NCBI GenBank assembly: GCA_965279035.1 | Contig: OZ257142.1 | Coordinates: 1,952,001-2,016,000, forward strand | DNA from: Bacteroidia bacterium | GTDB taxonomy: Bacteria; Bacteroidota; Bacteroidia; M30B66 | Direction: 5' to 3' | DNA length: 64,000 nt | In this document: positions 8,232-17,233 of the stretch, in pieces | How positions within the stretch are numbered: the first letter of the stretch is position 1 | Layout: each line of letters opens with the position of its first letter | Notes under the pieces: model-generated | What the model saw: only the letters and a program-made list of their open reading frames with translations | Told to the model about the DNA's origin: nothing | Databases searched by the model: none | Translations under genes and position numbers: made by a program

Positions 8232-10847
8232 ATGCAGTCCAAGCAAATCCGGCAAACATTCCTCGATTTTTTCGCTTCAAAAGGGCATCAAATCGTTCCT
8301 TCAGCTCCTATGGTCATTAAGAATGATCCAACGCTGATGTTCACTAATGCCGGAATGAATCAATTTAAAGATCTCTTTTTGGGGAATTCTCCTATCGTTT
8401 ATCCGCGCATTGCTGATACCCAAAAGTGTTTGCGTGTATCTGGAAAACACAACGATCTGGAAGAAGTTGGAGTGGATACCTATCACCATACCATGTTCGA
8501 AATGCTTGGCAATTGGTCGTTTGGTGATTATTTTAAGAAAGATGCCATTGCTTGGGCATGGGAACTCCTTACGGATGTTTATAAAATTGATAAATCTCGC
8601 TTGTATGTCACTGTTTTCGAAGGTGATACTTCTGAGAATTTAGCATTTGATCAAGAAGCTTACGACACTTGGAAAGAACTCATCGATCCATCCCGTATTA
8701 TCAACGGAAATAAGAAAGATAATTTCTGGGAAATGGGCGATACCGGACCATGCGGACCTTGTTCTGAAATCCATGTAGATATTCGAAGTGAAGAAGAACG
8801 AGTTCGTATTGATGGAAAAGAACTTGTGAATGCTAGTCATCCGCAAGTCATCGAAATTTGGAATAATGTCTTCATGGAATTCAACCGGAAGGCTGATGGT
8901 AGCTTAGAAAAATTGCCTGCTCAACACGTTGATACCGGAATGGGTTTCGAACGTTTATGTGTTGTACTTCAAGGAAAACAATCGAATTACGATACGGATG
9001 TTTTTCAGCCACTCATTTCTTTCCTTGAAAATCTCAGCGGAAAGACATACAAAAGCAACGAAAAGGACGATATCGCCATGCGCGTTATTGCCGATCACAT
9101 TCGTACAATTTCATTTGCAATAGCTGATGGACAGCTTCCAAGCAATAACAAAGCAGGTTATGTTATTCGTCGGATTTTACGCCGTGCTGTTCGTTATGGT
9201 TATACATTTCTTGGATTGAAAGAACCATTTATGTATACCATGGTCGATACGCTTGCAGATCAAATGGGCGTGCAGTTTCCTGAACTCAATGCGCAACGTG
9301 GTTTGATAAAGAATGTGATGCATGAAGAAGAGCAATCTTTTTTACGTACGCTTGAAACTGGTATCAATCGATTTAACGATTTTGTAGCAAAGAATACGAA
9401 TCATGATCAAGTTCCGGGTGATTTTGCATTTGAACTATTTGATACCTATGGTTTTCCAATCGACTTAACCGAATTGATGGCTCGTGAGCAGAATTTGGCT
9501 GTTGACATGATTAGTTTTAACGAGAATCTTCAAAAACAAAAAGCACGTTCTCGTTCTGCCGCAGTAGTTGAAGCAGGCGATTGGATTGTGCTTTCGGAAG
9601 ATGATGACGAGGAATTTATTGGCTATGATTATTTAGAAGCTCAAGTAAAGATTACACGCTATAGAGAAGTAACAGCAAAAGGTAAAAAGCAGTTTCAACT
9701 CATATTCAACATAACTCCTTTTTATGCAGAAAGTGGCGGTCAGGTTGGTGATTCAGGGATTTTAAAAGATGGAAACGAAATCATAAACATCTTCGATACC
9801 AAGCGTGAACATGGAGTAATTGTGCATTTTGCCGATCGACTTCCTTCGAATATTCAATCAACATTTAAGGCTGAAGTTCATCAAGGAAAGCGTGTTTCGA
9901 CGATGCGTAATCATACTGCAACTCACTTAATGCATGCTGCTTTAAGGAAAGTTTTGGGTACACATGTGGAGCAAAAAGGTTCTTTGGTGAATGATCAGCA
10001 TTTGCGTTTCGACTTTTCTCATTTTGCCAAACTCAGTCGCGAAGAAACACGCCAGATTGAAGCCCTTGTGAATGAACAAATACGCGCCAATATTATACGT
10101 GACATTCAAGTTTTGCCTATCGAAGAAGCCCGTAAAACGGGTGCAATGGCCCTTTTTGGTGAGAAGTATGGCGATCTAGTTCGTGTGGTCACATTTGACA
10201 AATCGTATTCAGTTGAGCTCTGTGGAGGCACACACGTTTCTGCAACAGGTCAAATTGGATATTTTAAGATTGTGTCGGAAAGTGCTGTGGCTGCTGGTGT
10301 TCGAAGAATTGAAGCCATTACAGGAGAAGCAGCTGATTTGCAGATTTTGGAGGATGCAAACTTGGTAGAACAAATCAAAGAAGTCCTCAAAGGAGCAAAG
10401 GATCCACTGAAAGGAATTCAGCAAATTCTGGATGAGAAGCAGGAATTGGAAAAGAAACTGGAGCAGTTACAAAGAGAGAAGGCGGGACAAATACGTAAAT
10501 CACTCGATTCGAAAATTGAGCAAGCAGGTTCCTTAAAACGCTTGGTAGATACGTTGGATCTAGATTCTCCAGAATTAATTAAGAATATCGCATTTGACCT
10601 TAAGTCGATACACCCTGATTTGATTTTAGTTCTTGGACATCAAAGCAACGGAAAGCCTATGCTGACTGTAGCATTGGGTGATCAAGCGGTTAATCAAGGC
10701 CTCAATGCGAGTAATTTAGTGAAAGACTTAGCAAAAGAGATCAATGGAGGTGGTGGTGGACAAGTCTTTTATGCAACAGCCGGAGGATCAAAACCAGAAG
10801 GATTAAAAGCTGCGTTGGATAAGGCAAAAGAGTTAAAGGGCGTTTGA
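8232..10847 (+). CDS. alaS: Alanine--tRNA ligase
   Basis: FTNAGMNQFK, HHTMFEMLGNWSFGDYFK, NHTATHL, ELCGGTH, GGGGG DHHA1 tail. Confidence 0.98.
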   Translation: MQSKQIRQTFLDFFASKGHQIVPSAPMVIKNDPTLMFTNAGMNQFKDLFLGNSPIVYPRIADTQKCLRVSGKHNDLEEVGVDTYHHTMFEMLGNWSFGDYFKKDAIAWAWELLTDVYKIDKSRLYVTVFEGDTSENLAFDQEAYDTWKELIDPSRIINGNKKDNFWEMGDTGPCGPCSEIHVDIRSEEERVRIDGKELVNASHPQVIEIWNNVFMEFNRKADGSLEKLPAQHVDTGMGFERLCVVLQGKQSNYDTDVFQPLISFLENLSGKTYKSNEKDDIAMRVIADHIRTISFAIADGQLPSNNKAGYVIRRILRRAVRYGYTFLGLKEPFMYTMVDTLADQMGVQFPELNAQRGLIKNVMHEEEQSFLRTLETGINRFNDFVAKNTNHDQVPGDFAFELFDTYGFPIDLTELMAREQNLAVDMISFNENLQKQKARSRSAAVVEAGDWIVLSEDDDEEFIGYDYLEAQVKITRYREVTAKGKKQFQLIFNITPFYAESGGQVGDSGILKDGNEIINIFDTKREHGVIVHFADRLPSNIQSTFKAEVHQGKRVSTMRNHTATHLMHAALRKVLGTHVEQKGSLVNDQHLRFDFSHFAKLSREETRQIEALVNEQIRANIIRDIQVLPIEEARKTGAMALFGEKYGDLVRVVTFDKSYSVELCGGTHVSATGQIGYFKIVSESAVAAGVRRIEAITGEAADLQILEDANLVEQIKEVLKGAKDPLKGIQQILDEKQELEKKLEQLQREKAGQIRKSLDSKIEQAGSLKRLVDTLDLDSPELIKNIAFDLKSIHPDLILVLGHQSNGKPMLTVALGDQAVNQGLNASNLVKDLAKEINGGGGGQVFYATAGGSKPEGLKAALDKAKELKGV

Positions 10848-10883
10848 AACGAATTGGGAATTTAAACCAATTGGATTTACCTC

Positions 10884-11630
10884 TTAAAACTTAAAAGAGT
10901 CTTTCGGATATTCTACTTCAATTAGAAAAAGTCCTGCTGCAGGAACACTGGCTCCGGCATTGGTTCGTTTGCCCGATTTCATAACGCGTTGTAGATCATC
11001 GGCTGGGCGTTTGTGTAGACCAATTTCGAGCAAAGTACCAACGATTGCACGCACCATGTTCCATAAAAAACGGTCGGCACTGATGCGAAAAATGAGCAAT
11101 TCATCTTGCTCTACCCATTCGGCTCGTGTAATGGTGCAGATGGTCGTTTTATTTTTCGAATGTGCTTTTGTAAACGCTCCAAAATCGTGGGTTCCGAGCA
11201 ATTCGGCAGAAACATTTCGAAGTAAATCGAGGTCAAGTTGATCGTGCACGTAAAAACTTCTTCCTTTTAAGAAAGGATTGAGACTATGCGTAATTCGGTA
11301 TTCATAACTACGACTTAAGGCACTAAATCGAGCATGAAGTCGTTCATCTACTTTGGTGATTCCACGGAATTCAATTCCTGGAACTCTCAATTCAGCAAGG
11401 GCTTTCAATAAAGCTTCGGTATCGAGATCTTGGTCAATATCAAAATGTGCATAATATTCTTCCGCATGCACTCCGGCATCAGTTCTTCCACAACCAATTG
11501 TCTCGATAGTTTCTTCTAGAAGTTGAGATAATTTCTCATTTACTACTCCTTGAATTGAAACAGCATTTGTCTGAAACTGCCAGCCATGGTAATGTGTTCC
11601 TTTATATCGTAATCGGATGAAATAGCGCAT
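10884..11630 (-). CDS. truA: tRNA pseudouridine(38-40) synthase
   Basis: YKGTHYHGWQ, GRTDAGVHA, HARFSA, FLWNMVRAIVG. Confidence 0.95.
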   Translation of the reverse strand: MRYFIRLRYKGTHYHGWQFQTNAVSIQGVVNEKLSQLLEETIETIGCGRTDAGVHAEEYYAHFDIDQDLDTEALLKALAELRVPGIEFRGITKVDERLHARFSALSRSYEYRITHSLNPFLKGRSFYVHDQLDLDLLRNVSAELLGTHDFGAFTKAHSKNKTTICTITRAEWVEQDELLIFRISADRFLWNMVRAIVGTLLEIGLHKRPADDLQRVMKSGKRTNAGASVPAAGLFLIEVEYPKDSFKF

Positions 11631-11648
11631 GTGTTTTACTGAATATCC

Positions 11649-12494
11649 TTAGTGTTTTCCAAATGCCCATTTCAAAAAATACGGCATTGCTTTTCCCCAA
11701 GTCGGGACATCATGGTGACCATTTTTAACTTCATGATACACAACATCATAATAAGGTTTGTATCCTTTTTTGATTAGTTCAATCATCAAATCCAAGGTAT
11801 CGTCAATGGCATCAATGATACCGTTGTTATTGCGATCAGCTTTTTCATCCAATGTTCCTGCTTGGAACCAGAATTTCATTCCGGGGATAAATTTTCCATG
11901 TCGGATTTCGGAATGTAGGATGCGGTCATTGTCGGTATATCCTTTTAAGAGATCACGCTTTCGCCACCAAAAAGCACCCGAAAACGCGCCACATTTTTGG
12001 AAAATTCCTGGATTATTCCATGCAATATCAACTGCCGATAATCCTCCTAAAGAATATCCAGCAATGACATTCGCAGTATCAAATCGACTTACCGCATAAC
12101 CTGATTCAAGCCAAGGAAATAGATGATCGGTAATAAAGGCTGTGTATTGTTTGGCTCTTGCACCTCTTTTTTTATAATCAGCTTTCGCTGCAACACCATA
12201 TTCTTGAATGCGTTCGCCACAGTAAATCCCTACCACCACAAAAGGAACACATACATTTTCTAACCACAATTTATTTAAAATATCCAGCAAGCCCATATTT
12301 TCGCTATCCTGTCCATCATTCAACATTAACACAGGTAATTTCTCATTCATGGAATGATAGCCTGGCGGAAGGAAAATATCCACTTTGACTTCTCTGTCCA
12401 ATTCGATTGAGTGAATGCCTTGAAAAGTTTCGAGTGTCCAGCTAGTTTCCGAATTCGTTAAGATCTCCTTCTTAAGTTTTGAATGCCCTTCCAT
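11649..12494 (-). CDS. Alpha/beta-hydrolase fold esterase (putative esterase / Fes-like family)
   Basis: LNDGQD, GYSLGG nucleophile elbow, GTLDE, GHHDVPTW. Confidence 0.85.
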   Translation of the reverse strand: MEGHSKLKKEILTNSETSWTLETFQGIHSIELDREVKVDIFLPPGYHSMNEKLPVLMLNDGQDSENMGLLDILNKLWLENVCVPFVVVGIYCGERIQEYGVAAKADYKKRGARAKQYTAFITDHLFPWLESGYAVSRFDTANVIAGYSLGGLSAVDIAWNNPGIFQKCGAFSGAFWWRKRDLLKGYTDNDRILHSEIRHGKFIPGMKFWFQAGTLDEKADRNNNGIIDAIDDTLDLMIELIKKGYKPYYDVVYHEVKNGHHDVPTWGKAMPYFLKWAFGKH

Positions 12495-12579
12495 AATGGC
12501 AAATCTGCTTTATTTCTGTTTGCAATCGTTCAGAAATGCAAATTTCTTTCAACAGGTATCTCCATATTATTGAAATTGA

Positions 12580-12587
12580 TATCTTTG
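12580..12587 (+). promoter_or_regulatory. -7 promoter element (TATCTTTG), candidate promoter of the ligase operon
   Basis: TAnnTTTG match about 200 nt upstream of ATG 12791. Confidence 0.4.
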
Positions 12588-12790
12588 TGCCCGAAAAATG
12601 AATATCCGATAGTGAATGAGCTATATTTTTGTTTAGTTTGTTTTCTTTCGGATGCTTTGTTAAGAAAATGTTAAGTGGATGATGCGATTTATTTTCATAG
12701 GTTTTAATAAACGAAACGGAACAGAATCAATTCCTTCTTAACTTTCCAACTCAAACTAGCACTCACATCAAAAAACTAATACACATCAAC

Positions 12791-13858
12791 ATGAAAAAAA
12801 TCGGAATTCTTCACGGCATGGAAAGCTCTTTTCCAGATGCAATTATTGAAAAGATAAATTCTATGGGATTGAAAGATATTCAGGCAGAACGCGTTCTGAT
12901 TGATATTGTATCACAATCGGAGCCAACAGATTATGCTGTTATCATCGATCGAATTTCTCAAGATGTGCCATTTTATCGTGCTTACCTTAAAAATGCTGCT
13001 ATTTCTGGTACTGCTGTCATCAATAATCCATTTTGGTGGAGTGCTGATGAGAAATTTTTCAATAATGCATTAGCAGTGAAATTAGGAGTTCCGGTTCCTA
13101 AAACGGTTTTACTTCCTTCTTTCGAACGTCCGGCTGATACTTCTGAAGCTTCTTTCCGGAATTTACATTTCCCTTTAAGTTGGGATGCTATTTTCGATCA
13201 CATCAAATTTCCAGCGTACATGAAACCTCATGCTGGTGGTGGTTGGAAAAGTGTTTACAAAGTGAACAATGCTGAAGAGCTTTTTACAGCATACCACGAA
13301 ACCAATCAATTGGTTATGATGCTTCAAGAAGAAATTATTTTTGAAGAATACTATCGTTGCTATTGCATTGGAGGAAAACATGTTCGCATCATGCAATATG
13401 AACCACGCAATCCACATCATTTACGTTATGTTGTTGATAGCAAACCTTCTAGTGCTAAGCTTCTTAAAACAATCGAAGACTATGTTCTTAAATTGAATCA
13501 TGCCTTAGGTTATGATTTCAATACGGTTGAATTTGCTGTTCGCGATGGCATTCCTTACGCAATCGATTTTTGCAATCCAGCTCCAGATGCTGATGTAGCT
13601 AGTGTTGGCCAAGAAAACTTTGATTGGGTTGTTGAAACTGCTGCTAATTACGCCATTGAACGCGCTCGTGCACAAAAAGATGGTCAAGACAATTTGACTT
13701 GGGGTACTTACATTAGCAAAGCAGCTTTAAAATTAAATCCTGCTGGCGAGGCACCAAAAACAGCTTCTGCTCCTAAAGCAAAAGCCGTAAAAGCCACAGA
13801 AGAAAAAGCTCCAGCGAAGAAATCTCCTGCAAAAAAGGTAGCAACAGCGAAAGCATAA
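12791..13858 (+). CDS. RimK/GshB-like ATP-grasp ligase with Ala/Lys/Pro-rich C-terminal tail
   Basis: VIIDRIS, VINNPFWW, GVPVPKT, PAYMKPHAGGGWK, MLQEEI, FNTVEF, IDFCNPAPD. Confidence 0.85.
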   Translation: MKKIGILHGMESSFPDAIIEKINSMGLKDIQAERVLIDIVSQSEPTDYAVIIDRISQDVPFYRAYLKNAAISGTAVINNPFWWSADEKFFNNALAVKLGVPVPKTVLLPSFERPADTSEASFRNLHFPLSWDAIFDHIKFPAYMKPHAGGGWKSVYKVNNAEELFTAYHETNQLVMMLQEEIIFEEYYRCYCIGGKHVRIMQYEPRNPHHLRYVVDSKPSSAKLLKTIEDYVLKLNHALGYDFNTVEFAVRDGIPYAIDFCNPAPDADVASVGQENFDWVVETAANYAIERARAQKDGQDNLTWGTYISKAALKLNPAGEAPKTASAPKAKAVKATEEKAPAKKSPAKKVATAKA

Positions 13859-13868
13859 TAACCTGTTT

Positions 13869-13910
13869 AAAAAACACCGGAACTTCATACACGTTGTTTC
13901 CGGTGTTTTT
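13869..13910 (+). terminator. Intra-operon hairpin/terminator
   Basis: AAAAACACCGGAA...TTCCGGTGTTTTT stem directly after the ATP-grasp stop codon. Confidence 0.65.
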
Positions 13911-13953
13911 CTATTTTGCAGCGTTACTTTACTAACCTGATAAAATACATTCT

Positions 13954-15057
13954 GTGTCAATTCCTGCATTTACTCTCGGTATAGAAGAAGAATACATGGT
14001 TGTTAATCCCGAAACGCGGGAATTATCATCGCATGATCAAAAAATTGTAGAGCAAGCCAGTCGTGTTCTTGATGATCAGGTGAAAGCTGAAATGCATCAA
14101 GCGGTTGTTGAAGTTGGAACTGGGATTTGCAAAGATGTTTTTGAAGCAAAGAAAGATCTCGCCAATTTGCGTAAAACTGTTTCTCAAGTTGCAATAGATA
14201 ATGGATTACGTATTGGTGCTGCCGGAACACATCCCTTTTCTCATTGGAGCACGCAACTCATCACTCCCAATCCACGATACGAAGACATTGTAAATGAATT
14301 GCAAGATGCTGCTCGTTCCAATTTGATCTTTGGATTGCATGTGCACGTTGGTATCGCTGATAAACAAATGGCGATGCATATTGCGAATTCGGTTCGTTAC
14401 TTTCTTCCTCACGTTTATGCCTTAAGTACAAATTCACCATTTTGGGAAGGACGCAATACCGGATTTAAAAGCTTTCGTTCCAAAGTATTCGATAAATTTC
14501 CCCGTACGGGAATTCCCGATTATTTCAATACCTACGAAGATTTTATTGGCTATGTAAATCTGTTAGTGAAAACAGGATGCATCGATAACGCAAAGAAAAT
14601 TTGGTGGGATTTACGTGTTCATCCATTCTTCCCAACCATCGAATTCCGGATTTGTGATATTCCGATGTTGATTGATGAAACAATTTGTATAGCAGCTATT
14701 TTTCAAGCCTTGGTTGCTAAATTATACAAGTTACGCACAAGCAATCTCAATTTCATGCTGTATACACGTGCTCTCATTAATGAAAATAAATGGCGTGCAG
14801 GACGGTATGGAATAGATGGGAAAATGATTGATTTCGGGAAAGAAGAAGAAGTGAAAACACGCTTACTAATACTCGAATTGCTCGATTTTATTGATGATGT
14901 GGTGGATGATTTAGGAAGTCGCGATGCCATCAATTATGTTCACACCATGATTGAACGGGGAACAGGTGCTGATCGTCAATTGCAGGTTTATGAAGAAACA
15001 GGCGATCTAGTTAAAGTGGTAGATTATATTCTTGAACAAACGTTAATAGGAACATAG
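13954..15057 (+). CDS. Carboxylate-amine ligase (YbdK / glutamate--cysteine ligase 2 family)
   Basis: TLGIEEEY, AGTHPFS, FGLHVHVG, NSPFWEG, WWDLR...TIEFRICD, ENKWRAGRYG. Confidence 0.93.
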   Translation: MSIPAFTLGIEEEYMVVNPETRELSSHDQKIVEQASRVLDDQVKAEMHQAVVEVGTGICKDVFEAKKDLANLRKTVSQVAIDNGLRIGAAGTHPFSHWSTQLITPNPRYEDIVNELQDAARSNLIFGLHVHVGIADKQMAMHIANSVRYFLPHVYALSTNSPFWEGRNTGFKSFRSKVFDKFPRTGIPDYFNTYEDFIGYVNLLVKTGCIDNAKKIWWDLRVHPFFPTIEFRICDIPMLIDETICIAAIFQALVAKLYKLRTSNLNFMLYTRALINENKWRAGRYGIDGKMIDFGKEEEVKTRLLILELLDFIDDVVDDLGSRDAINYVHTMIERGTGADRQLQVYEETGDLVKVVDYILEQTLIGT

Positions 15058-15096
15058 TTCTTCTTTATACGTTATGATTCAATAAAAAAACAATAC

Positions 15097-15933
15097 ATGT
15101 TAGAGCACTCATTGCGCATTGCGATTTTAGACTTATATGATGGTGAAGCCAATCAAGGTATGCGCTGTATTCGTGAAATACTTCATGATTTTGGCGTTGA
15201 CAATGCCATCCATATAGAAGTTGATGAATTTGATGTTCGAGGGAAATCTGAAATTCCAGATTTAAGTTTTGATGCCTACATTTCTACCGGTGGACCTGGT
15301 AGCCCAACCGACAGCGAAGGTTCCGAATGGGAAAAAGTGTATTTCGGTTTTATGGATGAATTGAAACTGAATAATCGACATCAACCCGAGAATAAAAAGT
15401 TTGTCTTTTTGATTTGCCATTCCTTTCAGATATATAGTCGATACTATGGTTTGGGCAAAGTTTCTAAGCGATTGTCCACTTCGTTTGGTGTTATGCCTAT
15501 ACATATGACTGGAGCGGGCACGCGTGAACCTTATTTTAAAGGACTCATGGATCCATTTTGGGCAGTTGATTCTCGCGATTGGCAGGTCACTGAACCCGAT
15601 ATGAAGAAAATTCATGCAGCTGGTGGTGATGTATTAAGTATTGAAAAATACCGACCACATGTTAAATTGGAACGTTGTGTTATGGCGATGCGTTTTGATG
15701 ATGCTATTTTTGGAACACAGTTTCATCCGGAAGCTGATTCACGAGGTATGTTAATTCATATGCTTACTGAAGAGAAGAAGAAAAACGTAATCGATCATCA
15801 TGGAGAAGAAAAATACCATAGCATGATTGAGCATTTGAATGATCCTGATAAAATCGTTTTTACACACGATACTATTTTACCTAATTTCCTTCAGCACGCC
15901 GTTTCGGCCGGCAAAGATTTGATACTTAAATAA
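15097..15933 (+). CDS. Class I glutamine amidotransferase-like protein
   Basis: GGPGSP oxyanion loop, ICHSFQ nucleophile Cys, QFHPE His-Glu. Confidence 0.88.
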   Translation: MLEHSLRIAILDLYDGEANQGMRCIREILHDFGVDNAIHIEVDEFDVRGKSEIPDLSFDAYISTGGPGSPTDSEGSEWEKVYFGFMDELKLNNRHQPENKKFVFLICHSFQIYSRYYGLGKVSKRLSTSFGVMPIHMTGAGTREPYFKGLMDPFWAVDSRDWQVTEPDMKKIHAAGGDVLSIEKYRPHVKLERCVMAMRFDDAIFGTQFHPEADSRGMLIHMLTEEKKKNVIDHHGEEKYHSMIEHLNDPDKIVFTHDTILPNFLQHAVSAGKDLILK

Positions 15934-15935
15934 TC

Positions 15936-17135
15936 ATGATAAAAGCAATTCGAGAACGCTATAACCAAGAATTTACTGAGGAAAAATATCAAGCTTTTTT
16001 GGATGATGTAAATTCTCAATTCAATTATAAAGTTCATTTCAGAGTTGCTGAATCGCCAGTTTTCTTTCCAAAATCATTCAAGAATAAATTGATTGAAGCA
16101 GGAGAGAGTATCATTAAAACGTTATTGCGCGACGATTATAAGGAACTCACTCGTGCCGCTGTTCCCGAAGGTTTATTTGTGCCAAATGAAGACGAGCATT
16201 CCAATTTTTTAGCACTCGATTTTGCTGTTTGTTTGGATCAAGAGGGAGAATTAATTCCACAATTAATCGAATTACAAGGATTTCCTTCTTTATTCGCATT
16301 TCAGGATTTTATACAAGCTATGTATAAGAAACATTTTTATGTGCCTGAAAACTTCAGTGCTTTCTTCAGTGATCTCGATTCTTCGCATTATGTTGAACGG
16401 CTCAAGGCATTACTATTAAATGGACATCAACCTGAAAATGTTATTCTTTTAGAAATAGAGCCATATAAGCAAAGTACATCCATCGATTTTATTGTTACTC
16501 AAGAACGAACAGGAATTCGTCCCGTTTGCATCACCGAAATAATACGTGAAGGCAAGGATTTGTTTTATCTACGTGATGGAATTAAAACACCGATTCATCG
16601 AATTTATAACCGAGTGATTTTTGATGAATTCAGCCGACGTGATGATTTAAAATGTCAGTTTAATTTAACTGAGGATGTGAATGTAGAATGGGCTGGACAT
16701 CCCAATTGGTTCTTTCGTGTAAGTAAATACGTGATGCCATTTTTATCGAGCCCCTATGTTCCCGAATGTCGTTTTCTGCATGAGATAACAGAGATTCCAA
16801 GCGATCTCGAAAATTATGTTTTAAAACCACTTTTCTCATTTTCGGGGACAGGAGTGAAGTTTCATGTAGCGAAAGAAGACATTGATTCTATTCCAATGGA
16901 AGAACGATCGGGGTTTTTATTGCAACGAAAAGTGAAGTACGAACCAGTGTTGCAAGCTCCTGATGGATTGGTTAAAGTTGAAGTTCGCTTACTCTATTTC
17001 TGGGAAAATAAAAACGCGCTACCTCAATTGGTTGTTAATCTTTCGCGTTTGAGTAGAGGCGAAATGATTGGAGTGAAATTCAATAAAGATAAAACTTGGG
17101 TAGGAGGGAACGTGTGTTTCTTTGAGCAGGATTAG
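15936..17135 (+). CDS. Putative circularly permuted ATP-grasp ligase (glutathionylspermidine-synthase-like)
   Basis: LDFAV...PQLIELQGFPS N-terminal motif, IYNRVIFDE, YVLKPLFSFSGTGV, LLQRKV; motif order fits a permuted ATP-grasp. Confidence 0.6.
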   Translation: MIKAIRERYNQEFTEEKYQAFLDDVNSQFNYKVHFRVAESPVFFPKSFKNKLIEAGESIIKTLLRDDYKELTRAAVPEGLFVPNEDEHSNFLALDFAVCLDQEGELIPQLIELQGFPSLFAFQDFIQAMYKKHFYVPENFSAFFSDLDSSHYVERLKALLLNGHQPENVILLEIEPYKQSTSIDFIVTQERTGIRPVCITEIIREGKDLFYLRDGIKTPIHRIYNRVIFDEFSRRDDLKCQFNLTEDVNVEWAGHPNWFFRVSKYVMPFLSSPYVPECRFLHEITEIPSDLENYVLKPLFSFSGTGVKFHVAKEDIDSIPMEERSGFLLQRKVKYEPVLQAPDGLVKVEVRLLYFWENKNALPQLVVNLSRLSRGEMIGVKFNKDKTWVGGNVCFFEQD

Positions 17136-17233
17136 AACGAAATTCTCATCTTAATTCTCGAACAATACAAGCATTTTTTTGCTAAGAATTCCTGTTGTAG
17201 TTTGCAGTCTTATTACTAAAACTGCACGCACGC

